Counted from the stretch's first letter, positions 49,065-60,057 are shown. The stretch: 64,000 nucleotides of DNA from Candidatus Pacearchaeota archaeon (GCA_023144035.1 JAGLGM010000001.1:1091-65090), one strand, 5' to 3'. Translations and numbers: made by a program. Notes: generated by a model not told the origin, from the letters alone.

Positions 49065-49320
49065 AGAATTACTCTTTTTTTGCTTTCATTTTACCACAAG
49101 CTTCTTTTAACTCACATCTATTACAAATACCTGAATTTTCAGACCATTCTTTTGTGCCAAAACAACTTTTTTCTGTTTGTTTGCTCTGTAATTGACTTTT
49201 ATTCATTAAAAAGCGTCTCATTCACGCTTTATATAACCTTACATTTGGATTAAATTAGAAATTTTAATAAGGAAGATACATCACAACAATACTTAAAAAT
49301 TCTTATTTTATTAAGATTTT

Positions 49321-49668
49321 ATGGGAGATTTAGAAAACTTATCTCAAACAGAAATACAAACTACTGAAAAAATACAAGAATTATTAAAAATACTTTCTGA
49401 CAAAAAATGTAGAAATCCAAAAGGAAAGAATTTATCAATTTTTTCTAAAAAAGATCATTATCATTTACCTTCATCTCAAAAAAATGTAAGAATTATAGAT
49501 ACTTGTAAAATGACTAAAAAACATCCTTTTTATATAAGATATTTTGCAAGGCAAGAATTAAAAGAAATTTACAAAGAATTATCTGATGGACAAGAAAAAA
49601 ATCAAGTAAAAGATATGCTTTCAAAAACTGGAGTTTATAATTGTCTTATGAAAAAAATTGGTTTATGA
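49321..49668 (+). CDS. hypothetical protein
   Basis: 115-aa ORF. Confidence 0.35.
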   Translation: MGDLENLSQTEIQTTEKIQELLKILSDKKCRNPKGKNLSIFSKKDHYHLPSSQKNVRIIDTCKMTKKHPFYIRYFARQELKEIYKELSDGQEKNQVKDMLSKTGVYNCLMKKIGL

Positions 49669-49712
49669 TTATTGGTTTTTGAGGGTTAAATAAAAAATTA
49701 AAAAGAAAAAAG

Positions 49713-50015
49713 CTAATCTTGAGAATTTAAGATTCTCTCTTCTGTTTCATCTGAGAAATCTAAAAATAAAGGATATTTAAGATATGTCTTAAATTTTGTC
49801 CTAAAAATTTCATCTTGTTCTCTAACATAATTAACTACCATTTTTAATCCTTTATTACATTTTTGATTATCAGCCATATAAATTGCTAATTCTTTTGGAT
49901 TCATTGTTCTTAATCTTTTTAAAACAGAAGATTCCAAATTTTCTGTATTAGGATTTTCAAATAAAGAAACCAACTCTTCCACAGATTTAGGATAATTCAT
50001 CATTCTGTCAACCAT
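49713..50015 (-). CDS. small hypothetical protein with conserved upstream motif
   Basis: 100 aa; motif TTCTAGTATAATAATACTTAAA ~30 bp upstream. Confidence 0.4.
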   Translation of the reverse strand: MVDRMMNYPKSVEELVSLFENPNTENLESSVLKRLRTMNPKELAIYMADNQKCNKGLKMVVNYVREQDEIFRTKFKTYLKYPLFLDFSDETEERILNSQD

Positions 50016-50041
50016 ACCTTTTATTCTATCTTATTATTTAA

Positions 50042-50060
50042 GTATTATTATACTAGAATT
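50042..50060 (-). promoter_or_regulatory. promoter-like motif copy 1 (GTATTATTATACTAGAATT on + strand)
   Basis: shared with 50293..50320 and 50627..50650. Confidence 0.45.
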
Positions 50061-50262
50061 ATTCATCCTTCTTCTTAAAATTATAATTAAGTAAATTTTG
50101 AACTATTTGTTCTTCCATAACTACTCTGGCTTCTAACATTTTTGAGGGAGGCATAGCAAGACAATTAGATATAAATTTCTTATAAACTTCCTTATTTTTT
50201 TCTATATATTTAACTGCCTTTTCATAAGACATATAACCTATATTTTTTAAATTGTTAAGCAT
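50059..50262 (-). CDS. small hypothetical protein with conserved upstream motif
   Basis: 67 aa. Confidence 0.4.
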   Translation of the reverse strand: MLNNLKNIGYMSYEKAVKYIEKNKEVYKKFISNCLAMPPSKMLEARVVMEEQIVQNLLNYNFKKKDE

Positions 50263-50292
50263 ATATTTTTAAGTTAAAGGACTTTTTTAAAT

Positions 50293-50320
50293 ATTATTAT
50301 ACTAGAATCAATCATTCATC
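50293..50320 (-). promoter_or_regulatory. promoter-like motif copy 2, also carries 19-bp copy of gyrA 3' end (50302..50320)
   Basis: tattattatactagaatcaatcattcatc; ctagaatcaatcattcatc identical to 53751..53769. Confidence 0.5.
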
Positions 50321-50348
50321 ACAATTATTGTTAGAAATCTTACAAAAT

Positions 50349-50600
50349 TTATTTTACTAGCCCTTTTAATTCATTTGCAACTTCTTCTGAAAGATTCTTA
50401 CACATTATTAAAAATTTTCCATCAATTGACTTTGTAATAACCTGACCATCATTTTTTAGATAAAAACATGCTGATTTTTCTTTTTGGTCTATTTGTATAT
50501 TTTCTTTTATTTTATCTAAATAATCTGTTATTCCACCTATTTGCATAACACTGCATACTAAAGATCCTTGATATATCCAATTGACTTTTTCTAAACTCAT
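50349..50600 (-). CDS. small hypothetical protein with conserved upstream motif
   Basis: 83 aa. Confidence 0.4.
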   Translation of the reverse strand: MSLEKVNWIYQGSLVCSVMQIGGITDYLDKIKENIQIDQKEKSACFYLKNDGQVITKSIDGKFLIMCKNLSEEVANELKGLVK

Positions 50601-50626
50601 ACAAAATCCATCAATCCTTTATTTTT

Positions 50627-50650
50627 AAAGATTATTATACTAGAACTAAT
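50627..50650 (-). promoter_or_regulatory. promoter-like motif copy 3
   Basis: agattattatactagaactaat ~45 bp upstream of ATG 50600. Confidence 0.45.
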
Positions 50651-50697
50651 AGAGGTTAAGAAGGAAATTATTTAAGTGCAAGGTTCTTAAAAAAGAT

Positions 50698-50883
50698 ATG
50701 AAATATAAAGTACACAAATTGAATCTTAAGTTATCAAAAGAATCTAAGATGTTAGAAAACTTCCTTAATAATTTAAAGGGAGAAGTAGTATCAATAATAC
50801 CTGATGTTAGAAATTTTTTCTTATTTTATGGTGCAAGAGTAAGTTCTGTTATTATTGTTGAAAAGATAAAAGGTAAGAAATAG
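50698..50883 (+). CDS. small hypothetical protein
   Basis: 61-aa ORF. Confidence 0.25.
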   Translation: MKYKVHKLNLKLSKESKMLENFLNNLKGEVVSIIPDVRNFFLFYGARVSSVIIVEKIKGKK

Positions 50884-50927
50884 TTAATTCTAAATATGAT
50901 TGGTTATTAGAGGATTCATGGAAAAAA

Positions 50928-51605
50928 TTATTTAATTTTTGATTCCAAATTGTGGTAAGATTTAGGAATATTTTCTACTTGTTCTATTTGATATTTTTGA
51001 GATTCTTTAGCTTTATTAGGAGTTGCAGAATATATTAAACCCATTGCCCCCATAGACGCAGCAATTAAACCAACTGCAATTGTTTTTTTAATTTTTGAAC
51101 CTTGCCTTTTTACTAAATTAGGATATGATTTTCTATTACATTCTTTTATTCCTGTTAAATCTCTAAAAACATCTATAGAATATCCCATAGGACTTCCATT
51201 AATTCCTCCGAGTATTGAAGCACTTATAGTTCCTATTGCTATTTTCTTGAAATCTAAATCTTCTCCAGCCATTAATTGAGACAAAGTATACATTGGAGGT
51301 GTAATAGCTAAATTCAATGCAAAAGCATACCCTATATCATGAGCATGTTGAACTACTTCTTTTGTTTTATTTGTGATTTTAAACAATTTTTTAGATAAAT
51401 CTCTCCCTTTTCCAAAAACATAACCAAGACCTCCACAAGCAACAATAGTTCCTACTACTCTGGCATTTATTGACATTTCGTCAGACATTCCAGCAACACC
51501 TACTTCAATAGCAGCAAAAAGAGGATGAGATTCTACTAACATTGCAAGAGTATCTACTGCATAAAACTTTGAGTCTTTCTTTATCCAATCTTTAACTTTT
51601 CCCAT
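50928..51605 (-). CDS. hypothetical protein (Gly-rich, amphipathic)
   Basis: 225-aa ORF. Confidence 0.45.
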   Translation of the reverse strand: MGKVKDWIKKDSKFYAVDTLAMLVESHPLFAAIEVGVAGMSDEMSINARVVGTIVACGGLGYVFGKGRDLSKKLFKITNKTKEVVQHAHDIGYAFALNLAITPPMYTLSQLMAGEDLDFKKIAIGTISASILGGINGSPMGYSIDVFRDLTGIKECNRKSYPNLVKRQGSKIKKTIAVGLIAASMGAMGLIYSATPNKAKESQKYQIEQVENIPKSYHNLESKIK

Positions 51606-51686
51606 ATTTCTCTCTTATTCTTTTTACTTATAAATCTTACTAATTATAATCAACAAATATAAAGATCTTAGATTCTTAACTAATTC

Positions 51687-51818
51687 ATGGAAAGAAAAAC
51701 ACTTCTAATAATATTAATAATACTAATTTTAGGAGTAATAGGATTATCTGTTTTCCTTATTTTCCTTAGACAGAGAGCAACTCTTAAAAAACACCTTATT
51801 TTCCCTATAAAAATATAG
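51687..51818 (+). CDS. possible 43-aa single-TM micro-protein
   Basis: MERKTLLIILIILILGVIGLSVFLIFLRQRATLKKHLIFPIKI; below ORF-track cutoff. Confidence 0.25.
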   Translation: MERKTLLIILIILILGVIGLSVFLIFLRQRATLKKHLIFPIKI

Positions 51819-51937
51819 GATAGTGTGTGTGAGCAACACCTTTATAAAGAATAAATCATTTTAATTATTACATCAAAAGCCATGAGGTTCAACCAATGCT
51901 ATTTGGGGGGGCTAATTGGGTGTTACATTCTAACGAA

Positions 51938-52534
51938 TCATTGATGTAACTTTTTCCTTTTATTAAGAAATTTTTCTATATCCTCTAATGTAATATTAAC
52001 ATAAGTATCTAAACGATTCTCAATATCATTTGACATCAATTTGGCATACCTATGTGCTAAAGACCAAGGAGGCAATTTTTGATGTAATGGAACCCCTATT
52101 TTCATTCTTCCTTTCTCTTGCAATAAAAATTTTAAATTTTGGTCTATTATTCGTTCTTTATTAGAAAAATCTCTACAAATTGTTAAAGAAATTTTTTCCT
52201 TTATGTTTAATGATTTAAACAAGTAATAAATAATTATACAATATATTCTAACTTTAAAAGTGCCTCTCTTAGTTTCAAATGAGTTATAAGGATAACGATA
52301 TTTATTTTCTTCCCATTTTTTTACTATTATTTTTATAAGTTCTTCATCGAATCTAAATCCTTTTATTTGACTTTTTCCATTCACACTTTGTTTATTTGCT
52401 ATACAAATAGTATATCTTGGAATAAATAAATCGCTTCCACTAACATCAATTTCAAATTTCATATAAAAGAATATCCCTCCCAGTTTATAAGACTTTGGCG
52501 TTACTTTATTTTTTTCAGAATAAAACCTAATCAC
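51938..52534 (-). CDS. hypothetical protein
   Basis: 198-aa ORF. Confidence 0.4.
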   Translation of the reverse strand: MIRFYSEKNKVTPKSYKLGGIFFYMKFEIDVSGSDLFIPRYTICIANKQSVNGKSQIKGFRFDEELIKIIVKKWEENKYRYPYNSFETKRGTFKVRIYCIIIYYLFKSLNIKEKISLTICRDFSNKERIIDQNLKFLLQEKGRMKIGVPLHQKLPPWSLAHRYAKLMSNDIENRLDTYVNITLEDIEKFLNKRKKLHQ

Positions 52535-52949
52535 AACCCAAATATTTCCTCATATTCCTATTACTCAAATCTTTCTTAGGTTTAGAAAAATGCACATCAT
52601 ATTCCAAACCCATTGAGTGATACACATTTGTCCATTCATTATGGTCAGTTAGATTATCATTATTTATATCAGCTACTAATTTCAATTCATTATATAATTT
52701 ATTTCTTTCATTGAAATATTTAATATTACTATGTACATTGTAAATAAGAAACAAACTCATCGCTCCAATAATTAATAGGCCTTTTAATCTTTCTTTTCTT
52801 GTAAATGTTTTATCTTCTAAATCTGTTTCATGTAAGCTCATCTTTCCCTCATTTATTAAAGAACCTCCTACTTTAATTTTTGTTTTTCCCATTTTAACCT
52901 CCGTACCTTCTGTATTTTTTACACCATCTGAAGAAATTATGAAAGTCAT
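52527..52949 (-). CDS. hypothetical protein with one TM segment
   Basis: 140-aa ORF overlapping neighbours. Confidence 0.4.
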   Translation of the reverse strand: MTFIISSDGVKNTEGTEVKMGKTKIKVGGSLINEGKMSLHETDLEDKTFTRKERLKGLLIIGAMSLFLIYNVHSNIKYFNERNKLYNELKLVADINNDNLTDHNEWTNVYHSMGLEYDVHFSKPKKDLSNRNMRKYLGCD

Positions 52950-53617
52950 TTTTTAATTTCCTTATAGCTTTTTATACATTCTTTAGATAACTCTCCTCTT
53001 CCTAATACTAAATATCTAAAATTACCACTTCTTAATTCACTAGAAAAACCCATGGGAACACTAGAAATTATTACCTCTTTTCCAGCTCTTTTAATTAATT
53101 CCATAGAAGGAATAAAATCGGCATCTCCAGAAAGAAGGATACAACAATCACATTCTTCTTCAATTAAACATTTAGCAATCATATCTACAGCTATTTTCAC
53201 ATCAATTCCTTTTTCTTTTTTTAAAACAGTCCCTAAGGAATCTATAAAGGCAGTTTCTACTGCTGGTTTGCACACTTTACATAAATCTAAAAGCCCTATT
53301 ATCTCTTTTCTCTCAGCAATAATTTCTTTAGTTGAATTTCTTTGCAATTTTCTTACTGTGACTTTAAGCCCTTCTTTTTTTAAATCAGATAAATATTCCA
53401 TATGCCTATAATACATTGTTTGCCCATCTGCAAGACTTGGAACAGAATTATAATATCTTATTTCTACGACATCTAAATCAAACTTTTTAGCAATAAATTT
53501 AGAAAGTTTCCAAAAATCAATATCTGATGGCTTTGAAACCCATTTTTTTACATTATGATACCAATTATTTCCATCTATAAATACAATTACTCTTTTGTTA
53601 GACATATAAAAAAACAA
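52946..53617 (-). CDS. NYN/LabA-like PIN-fold nuclease domain protein
   Basis: VFIDGNNW...GIDVKIAVDMI...ILLSGDADF conserved acidic residues of NYN domain. Confidence 0.65.
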   Translation of the reverse strand: MFFYMSNKRVIVFIDGNNWYHNVKKWVSKPSDIDFWKLSKFIAKKFDLDVVEIRYYNSVPSLADGQTMYYRHMEYLSDLKKEGLKVTVRKLQRNSTKEIIAERKEIIGLLDLCKVCKPAVETAFIDSLGTVLKKEKGIDVKIAVDMIAKCLIEEECDCCILLSGDADFIPSMELIKRAGKEVIISSVPMGFSSELRSGNFRYLVLGRGELSKECIKSYKEIKK

Positions 53618-53750
53618 GGAAAGGATATAAATAAATCTTTCTAGATTATAAGCCCCGCATTCCTCCTATAAAAGAAGTCATACGGGGGATATTATAATAT
53701 ATTATAATCAAATATATTTATAAACCTTACTAAATCCCTTATAAATTTTC

Positions 53751-53769
53751 CTAGAATCAATCATTCATC
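53751..53769. repeat. 19-bp direct repeat (gyrA 3' end, ctagaatcaatcattcatc), partner at 50302..50320
   Basis: exact 19/19 match 3.45 kb apart. Confidence 0.7.
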
Positions 53770-56700
53770 CCCATTGCCATTGTGAACCTTAATCAAATCA
53801 GTCACTTTATCACCTTGTGCAAGCTTAACAATTCTAACACCTTGAGCTGCCCTACCCATTACTCTGATATTCTTTAAAGAAGTCCTTATTACTATTCCTT
53901 TAGCAGTTGTCATTATGATTCCATCTTCTGCATTTACTGACACAGCATTAACAACATCTCCTGTTTTTGTTGATATTTTTAAATTAATAACACCCTTACC
54001 ACCTCTTGCTGTTTTTCTATAATCTTTAACAGCAGTTCTTTTACCATAACCATTTTCAGTAATTGTAAGAATTGCTTCTGTATCTAATATTTCTAAACTT
54101 ACTACTTTATCTTCCTTATCCATTCTAATTCCTGTAACACCATAACTTGCTCTTCCCATATTTCTTATAGAATCAGAATCAAATCTAATTGCTTTTCCTT
54201 TTTGAGTAGCTAGTGAAACTTCTTGACCTTTTTTAACAACTTCTACTCCAATTAAAAAGTCAGAATTATCAACAGGTAAATTAATAGCTTTAATACCTGA
54301 AGCTCTTGGTTTTGCAAAATTACTCAAAGCTATTTTCTTAACCATTCCTTTTTGAGTAGCCATAAATAAATTATCTTCAAAAGTATTTACAGAAATAACA
54401 TTTGTAATTTTCTCATCTTTTAAACTTAAAAGATTAATCAAAGCTTTTCCTTTACTATATTTTTCTGCACTAGGTATATCATATGCTTTAAGCCATAAAA
54501 CCCTTCCTCTTGTAGTAAAGAACATTAAATAATCATGAGTAGAACAAGTAATCAACTGCTTTACAAAATCACCAGTTGCTAAATTACTTCCAATACTTCC
54601 TTTCCCGCCTCTTTTTTGTTCTCTATATTCTTTAACATCCATTCTTTTACAATATCCTTTATCTGTAATAGTCACAACAACTTCTTTTTCTTGAACCAAA
54701 TCTTTCTCAGAAATCTCAGATAATCTTTTCATAACTTGCGTTCTTCTATTGTCTCCATATTTATTCTTTAACTCATTAATTTCTTTTACAATTATTTTTA
54801 AAACTTCCTTAATATCTCCTAAAATCTTTTCATATTCTGCTATTTTTTCTTTCAACTCTTTAGCTTCTTTTTTAAGTTTATCAACTTCTAATGAAGTTAA
54901 TTGCTGTAACTTAGTTTCTAAAACAGCTTGAGCTTGTTTTCTAGTTAATTTAAATTTATTAATCAAACCTTCCAAAGCTTCTGCAGTATTCTTAGATTTT
55001 TTAATTAAAGTTATAACAGCATCTATATTTTTTAAAGCAATTAACATACCTTCAACGATTTCTTGTCTTTCTTTTGCTTTTTTAAGTTCATATTTAACTC
55101 TATTAGTAATCATAATTTTTCTATACTTAACATATTCTTCAACAACTTGTTTTAAATTCATAATCTTTGGTTGTCCGCCTACTAAAGCTAAAAAATTAAC
55201 ATTAAATGAATCTTGAAGTCTAGTATATTTATACAAAGAATTAATAACAAATTTAGAATCTACTCCTTTTCTTAATTCAATAACAATTCTAATCTTTCCT
55301 TTAGAAGATTCATCTCTTAAATCAGAAACATCTTTAATCTTTTTATTTTGAACAAGGTTTGCAATTTGTTCAACTAATGTAGATTTATTTAACATATAAG
55401 GAATCTCTGTAATTACAATTGCTTCTTTTTTCTTGATTGTCTCAGTAGTTAATCTTCCTCTCATTATCATTCTTCCTTTTCCTGTTTTGTATAATTCTTC
55501 CATATCTCCAAAAACAGTTCCACCAGTAGGAAAATCAGGTCCAGTAACAATTTGAGAAAGTTCAGGAATTGTTATATTTGGTTTTTTAATATAAGCAATA
55601 AGAGCATCACATACTTCTGTTAAATTATGTGGAGGAATATTAGTAGCCATACCAACTGCAATACCTGTTGCACCATTTAACATTAATAATGGAATTTTAC
55701 CAGGAAGTAATTCAGGTTCTTTCATTGAATTATCATAATTAGGATTAAACTTTACTGTCTCTTTATCAATATCTTGTAATACTTCCATAGAGATTGGCAT
55801 TAATCTTGTTTCTGTATTATGACTAATAAATCCATTTGAAATAAAAGAATGACAATTGCTATCTACTTTAACAGAATAAACTTTTTGAGAACCTACATCT
55901 TCTATTGAAACAACTCTATCAAATAGATATTGATATGTCAAAAAGAACTCAAATATAGAAGAGTAATCTTCTCCTGTTCTTTGTTTTAAAATTTGGCAGA
56001 TTCTTTCATAATTCTGCCCCATACTAGAATACCTATCAAAATTGTGCTTCATAACAAATTCATCACCAGAATATTTTGCCAATCCCCTAATAAAATCAGA
56101 AATAAAAGGAACAAAATCTGTAGTGGAATAATCTTTTTTATAATTTACAACAACAAATTCTAATTTGGCACTCTTTCTCTGAGAAATAAAACCTATCTCT
56201 TTGTAAAATCTTGAAATATTTCTTTTACTCCTCAAATATAATTTAAAAACATTCTTATATTTATCAAATCTCTTAAAACTTTCTATACCAAATCTTAAGA
56301 AAACTAATTGTAATTGGGTTATAAGTTTTTCACTCATAGAACAACAACTTAGTTCAATCATCTTCTTAGAATAACTTATACTTCCATCTCCTTCAAAATA
56401 AGCTCTTAAAAATGAAGACAAAACTTTCTTTGGGGAAATAAACAATAAATTAGGTATTGTTTTCTTACCAGATTTTACAGCTTCTAATCCAATATTTCTC
56501 AAAAATTCAAGAGTATATCTACAATGACATTCTAATCTAAAATAATCTTTTTTCCCGTATGAACTTGGCTTTCTTTTAAAATTATGTAAAGTGCTATCTG
56601 GAAATAATTTTCTCCATTTTTCTTCAAATATTTTTATTAATTGCTCATCAGAATTACAAAACTCTAACTTGTTTTTAGAAATTGAGCCTTCTGAAATCAG

Positions 56701-58713
56701 TAAACCTAAAATCATTGCTAAATCATTATTTAATTTTTCAGGTAAAATCCTTTTATGTTGATGTTTACTTTTAATTACAGGACAATATTTTTTTAATTCA
56801 ATCTCATTTTCAGGCCAAAAATTATCATTTAACCTATCTAAAACAGTAATATCTCCTTCTTTAATTTGTTCTAACAATTTCCAACAAAAAGCAGGCTTTC
56901 CAAATTCATCCTTTATTAAAGTTAAAACAGGGTGGTTTTTGGTTCCAGTTAAATTATACCCTTTATTTGTAGTTATTTTTATTGTTTCATGCTCTCCTGA
57001 ATCAAACCATTTTGAAGCATTGTTAATTTTTTTGTCTTTACTCATTATCTTTAAATCTATATCTTCTTTAGTTGAAATTTCATCAGCTCTCTGTAAACCT
57101 TTTTCAGTAACAATTAAAGAATCTCCTGCAACACAATATCTCATAGCAGCAGGAGGATCACCGTCAATTGAGTTATGTACAAAAACTCCAGAAGATAAAG
57201 CAAAATTATGTGTCTTATCTACAGTAATATCATAAACAGCAACAAATTCATTTAATAATTCTGTCCTAACAACTTTATGATTTCCATTTAATTCTAAAAG
57301 AACTAAATTTTTACTATCTTGAAAGTATTTTTTAATTCCTAAATCCCAGCTAGTGAAGCTTTTTGTTCCAAAAACTTCTTTTCTCACTCTTTCATAATTT
57401 TCATTATTTATACTTAAATTATTTTCAATAAGATGGCTACATATATTAAGAAACTTTTTCTTTCCAGTAAGATTAGTCTCTCTTTTTTTATTAGAAGCAA
57501 TTATTTTTTCATTAAACAATTTTTTATATTTTGGAATTTGCCACAATCCTTTCATAGTTATAGAAGCTGTTTTTCTTATTTCTTCAATTCTTTCAGGATG
57601 TTCTTTTAAATATTTTTTATTGATTTCACTCAAAGTTATAGTCATTTGTTTCCTATAATCATCTTTTTTCCAATTTTTCAGATTTCTTTCAGACATTCTT
57701 TTAGAATAAGCTTCTCTATTTTTTTTATTACTCCAAAATCTCTTTCTACCTTCATCTAATTTCTTTCTATATTCAGGGTCTGTTTTATGTTTTTGAGAAG
57801 TAAAATTATGGTGAACATTCCAATGTTCTTTCCAAAACATCCTTCTAATATTATCTGGATCATTATTTAATTTATCAAAGTCTACATGATGACGAATCCT
57901 ACCTGTGTTTTTTTGATAAATATTATTGTGTATATTCCAATCATCAGCAAGCATATGTACAAAATCCCAAGAATCTTTTTTTGGTTGAAAAACCATATTA
58001 TAGCCAATAAGTTTTGGATTAGAATCATCTTTTTTTGTAGACAATTTCATATAAACAGGCATTAATGAATCTCCAGAATCTAGATCTTTAGCTTCTTTAT
58101 AACTTCCATCTCTTAACATAAATTTGTGATTTAAAGTACATTTTATTTCTTCACCATTATCTAAAACTACTTTCATAACTTCTGTATTTATTTTGGTCTT
58201 TCTTGGATTTTTAATTTCAGCCATTTTAACATTTAAATCCTCATCAATTGTAAAAGTAAAATTTCTTTTCCCTTGCTTATTTTCTTTTATCAACTCTAAA
58301 AAAGATAAATCTCTTCCATCAGTTAATTTAACTTCAGTATCTGCAGTAAAACAACCAAAATTACCTTGTCCAAATACTAAAGGATATCTTAAAGAAAAAT
58401 TCTGTGCCATTCTAACCATTGCATCATAAACAGCAACATCTCCGTGAGGATGATATTTACCAATAACATCTCCAACTAATCTTGCGGACTTTTTAGTTTG
58501 AGTATTTGGTTTTAAACCCATTTGATTCATTGCATATAAAATTCTTCTTTGAACAGGTTTTAATCCATCTTCAATTGCAGGTATAGCTCGACTAACAATA
58601 ACACTCATAGCATAATCTAAATATGCTTTTTTCATTTCTCCAGTTACTTCTGTATTAACTATTCCTTTTTCCATATCTTTTAACTCTGATTCATCTGCTT
58701 TCTTTGGTGTCAT
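53761..58713 (-). CDS. gyrA: DNA gyrase subunit A with two in-frame inteins (extein ~816 aa)
   Basis: [18 protein letters not shown]|intein|[12 protein letters not shown]|intein|TETRL...[15 protein letters not shown]; C-terminal beta-pinwheel repeats. Confidence 0.9.
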   Translation of the reverse strand: MTPKKADESELKDMEKGIVNTEVTGEMKKAYLDYAMSVIVSRAIPAIEDGLKPVQRRILYAMNQMGLKPNTQTKKSARLVGDVIGKYHPHGDVAVYDAMVRMAQNFSLRYPLVFGQGNFGCFTADTEVKLTDGRDLSFLELIKENKQGKRNFTFTIDEDLNVKMAEIKNPRKTKINTEVMKVVLDNGEEIKCTLNHKFMLRDGSYKEAKDLDSGDSLMPVYMKLSTKKDDSNPKLIGYNMVFQPKKDSWDFVHMLADDWNIHNNIYQKNTGRIRHHVDFDKLNNDPDNIRRMFWKEHWNVHHNFTSQKHKTDPEYRKKLDEGRKRFWSNKKNREAYSKRMSERNLKNWKKDDYRKQMTITLSEINKKYLKEHPERIEEIRKTASITMKGLWQIPKYKKLFNEKIIASNKKRETNLTGKKKFLNICSHLIENNLSINNENYERVRKEVFGTKSFTSWDLGIKKYFQDSKNLVLLELNGNHKVVRTELLNEFVAVYDITVDKTHNFALSSGVFVHNSIDGDPPAAMRYCVAGDSLIVTEKGLQRADEISTKEDIDLKIMSKDKKINNASKWFDSGEHETIKITTNKGYNLTGTKNHPVLTLIKDEFGKPAFCWKLLEQIKEGDITVLDRLNDNFWPENEIELKKYCPVIKSKHQHKRILPEKLNNDLAMILGLLISEGSISKNKLEFCNSDEQLIKIFEEKWRKLFPDSTLHNFKRKPSSYGKKDYFRLECHCRYTLEFLRNIGLEAVKSGKKTIPNLLFISPKKVLSSFLRAYFEGDGSISYSKKMIELSCCSMSEKLITQLQLVFLRFGIESFKRFDKYKNVFKLYLRSKRNISRFYKEIGFISQRKSAKLEFVVVNYKKDYSTTDFVPFISDFIRGLAKYSGDEFVMKHNFDRYSSMGQNYERICQILKQRTGEDYSSIFEFFLTYQYLFDRVVSIEDVGSQKVYSVKVDSNCHSFISNGFISHNTETRLMPISMEVLQDIDKETVKFNPNYDNSMKEPELLPGKIPLLMLNGATGIAVGMATNIPPHNLTEVCDALIAYIKKPNITIPELSQIVTGPDFPTGGTVFGDMEELYKTGKGRMIMRGRLTTETIKKKEAIVITEIPYMLNKSTLVEQIANLVQNKKIKDVSDLRDESSKGKIRIVIELRKGVDSKFVINSLYKYTRLQDSFNVNFLALVGGQPKIMNLKQVVEEYVKYRKIMITNRVKYELKKAKERQEIVEGMLIALKNIDAVITLIKKSKNTAEALEGLINKFKLTRKQAQAVLETKLQQLTSLEVDKLKKEAKELKEKIAEYEKILGDIKEVLKIIVKEINELKNKYGDNRRTQVMKRLSEISEKDLVQEKEVVVTITDKGYCKRMDVKEYREQKRGGKGSIGSNLATGDFVKQLITCSTHDYLMFFTTRGRVLWLKAYDIPSAEKYSKGKALINLLSLKDEKITNVISVNTFEDNLFMATQKGMVKKIALSNFAKPRASGIKAINLPVDNSDFLIGVEVVKKGQEVSLATQKGKAIRFDSDSIRNMGRASYGVTGIRMDKEDKVVSLEILDTEAILTITENGYGKRTAVKDYRKTARGGKGVINLKISTKTGDVVNAVSVNAEDGIIMTTAKGIVIRTSLKNIRVMGRAAQGVRIVKLAQGDKVTDLIKVHNGNGDE
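55816..57135 (-). mobile_element. gyrA intein 2 (440 aa) with LAGLIDADG homing endonuclease, at classical MRY|TE site after catalytic Tyr
   Basis: starts [13 protein letters not shown] block B, LAGLIDADG-like [12 protein letters not shown] and [12 protein letters not shown], ends FISHN|T. Confidence 0.8.
57172..58353 (-). mobile_element. gyrA intein 1 (394 aa) with HNH-type endonuclease insert, between GNFG and SIDGD
   Basis: starts CFTADTEV, block B TLNH, ends VFVHN|S; internal [33 protein letters not shown]-like; no LAGLIDADG. Confidence 0.7.
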
Positions 58714-58834
58714 TTTTTCATTTCCACAAGATTTAAATATATCATTCGCTTAAATATTTTATTAATAGATGAAAGAACTCTGACGAATCCCGTCCCTAGA
58801 GGCGGTTAGTAGGATTGACGAATTCCCGATTCTA

Positions 58835-59293
58835 TTATCTTTTCCTCCTTTCAATATTTAATGTTGTATCAATAATTAAACTCATTTTATATTCCTTTGA
58901 ACCTTTTCTTAATTCACTTTCTTTTACAATTTGAGTTTTTCCACCATCAATAAGATCAATCATTTTTCTAAATTTTCTATATTGATAATCATCAATTGAA
59001 ATAAAGATTATGCAATTATTATTTCTCTTAATAAACTCGAAAACTTCAATAAAAATATCCATATTATCCCTACAACTCTTAATTTTTTTCTTAAACAATA
59101 AAGAATCTATTTTTTCTCTTACAAATAATTTTTTCATAGAATTCAAATATGCTCTCTTGTGTTTTAAATTTTTATAATGTTTTAATTTGGAAATTTTCGG
59201 AAGTAATTCTCTTATTTTACTTTTTTCAATAATATTATAACCAATTAAATTTTCAGAATAATCTATATAAATATAATAATCAAATTCTTTCAT
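58835..59293 (-). CDS. hypothetical protein
   Basis: 152-aa ORF, stop overlaps next gene start. Confidence 0.4.
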   Translation of the reverse strand: MKEFDYYIYIDYSENLIGYNIIEKSKIRELLPKISKLKHYKNLKHKRAYLNSMKKLFVREKIDSLLFKKKIKSCRDNMDIFIEVFEFIKRNNNCIIFISIDDYQYRKFRKMIDLIDGGKTQIVKESELRKGSKEYKMSLIIDTTLNIERRKR

Positions 59294-59730
59294 GCTACTT
59301 CCCCCTTATCTTCAAAGTTTTTAACTAATTTAAAAGATGATTGAATTTTATCACCTAAGCCATCTACAATTTTAATATTAAGTTCATTACAAATTTTTGA
59401 TTCAGGAATATCAGTATTTGTTTCAGTAGAACCTTGTTTTTTTCTATCTCCACCATTTGCAAAAATATTAGGTTTTACTAATTCAAGGGATTTACAAACA
59501 GTTCTATCTGTATCAATACTTACAATTGCTTCACTAACACAACTTAATTCTTGAATAATCTTTTTTCTTTCTTCTGCAAGCATAAACACTTTGCCTTTTT
59601 TCATTTTAGTTTGTTTATCATTATTAACAATTACAACTAAACTATCTCCAAGTGCTCTTGCTAACTTAAATAATTCTATATGTCCAATATGTAATGGGTC
59701 AAAATATCCACTTACTGCTACTTTTGTCAT
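59290..59730 (-). CDS. cytidylyltransferase-like nucleotidyltransferase (TagD/RibL family)
   Basis: VAVSGYFDPLHIGHIELF (HxGH motif) and later FANGGD. Confidence 0.6.
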   Translation of the reverse strand: MTKVAVSGYFDPLHIGHIELFKLARALGDSLVVIVNNDKQTKMKKGKVFMLAEERKKIIQELSCVSEAIVSIDTDRTVCKSLELVKPNIFANGGDRKKQGSTETNTDIPESKICNELNIKIVDGLGDKIQSSFKLVKNFEDKGEVA

Positions 59731-60047
59731 TTTAATTTACTCTCCAACAATGTTTTTTCATAGTTTCTTTCTTCAATTTCATCTTTAATTAAATTAATTC
59801 CTTTCAAACTTAAAGCACCTTTTCCTTCACTAACACGTTCAGCAATATTCTTCATTATGTCTTGAACTCGTTTAGGATAAAATTTTCCTGTATCTATTTG
59901 TTTCTCCATTTCATCAAAACTTTGATTAAGTTCTTCCTTAGTTATTCCATACTTTTTAAGTTCTTCATCAGTTGTACTTGTTACAATATTTTTTAAAGCA
60001 AAATGATAAAGATTTCTTCTCCTTCTTCTCATTCTCATTTCTTTCAT
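59727..60047 (-). CDS. hypothetical protein
   Basis: 106-aa ORF. Confidence 0.35.
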   Translation of the reverse strand: MKEMRMRRRRRNLYHFALKNIVTSTTDEELKKYGITKEELNQSFDEMEKQIDTGKFYPKRVQDIMKNIAERVSEGKGALSLKGINLIKDEIEERNYEKTLLESKLK

Positions 60048-60057
60048 GCAACTTCCT

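Noticed and set aside
51880-51930. Inverted repeat GTTACAT...ATGTAAC with a G-run. Considered a tRNA or terminator.
   Set aside because: No T-arm or anticodon arm could be folded. It may be a simple hairpin. Evidence is insufficient to call a feature.
58714-58834. GC-richer segment with paired gacgaatcccgtc / gacgaattcccg elements and a terminal AATAGA...TCTATT stem. Considered a C/D-box sRNA or tRNA.
   Set aside because: No convincing C (RUGAUGA) / D (CUGA) box pair and no tRNA cloverleaf could be folded by hand. Left as an unassigned intergenic structure.
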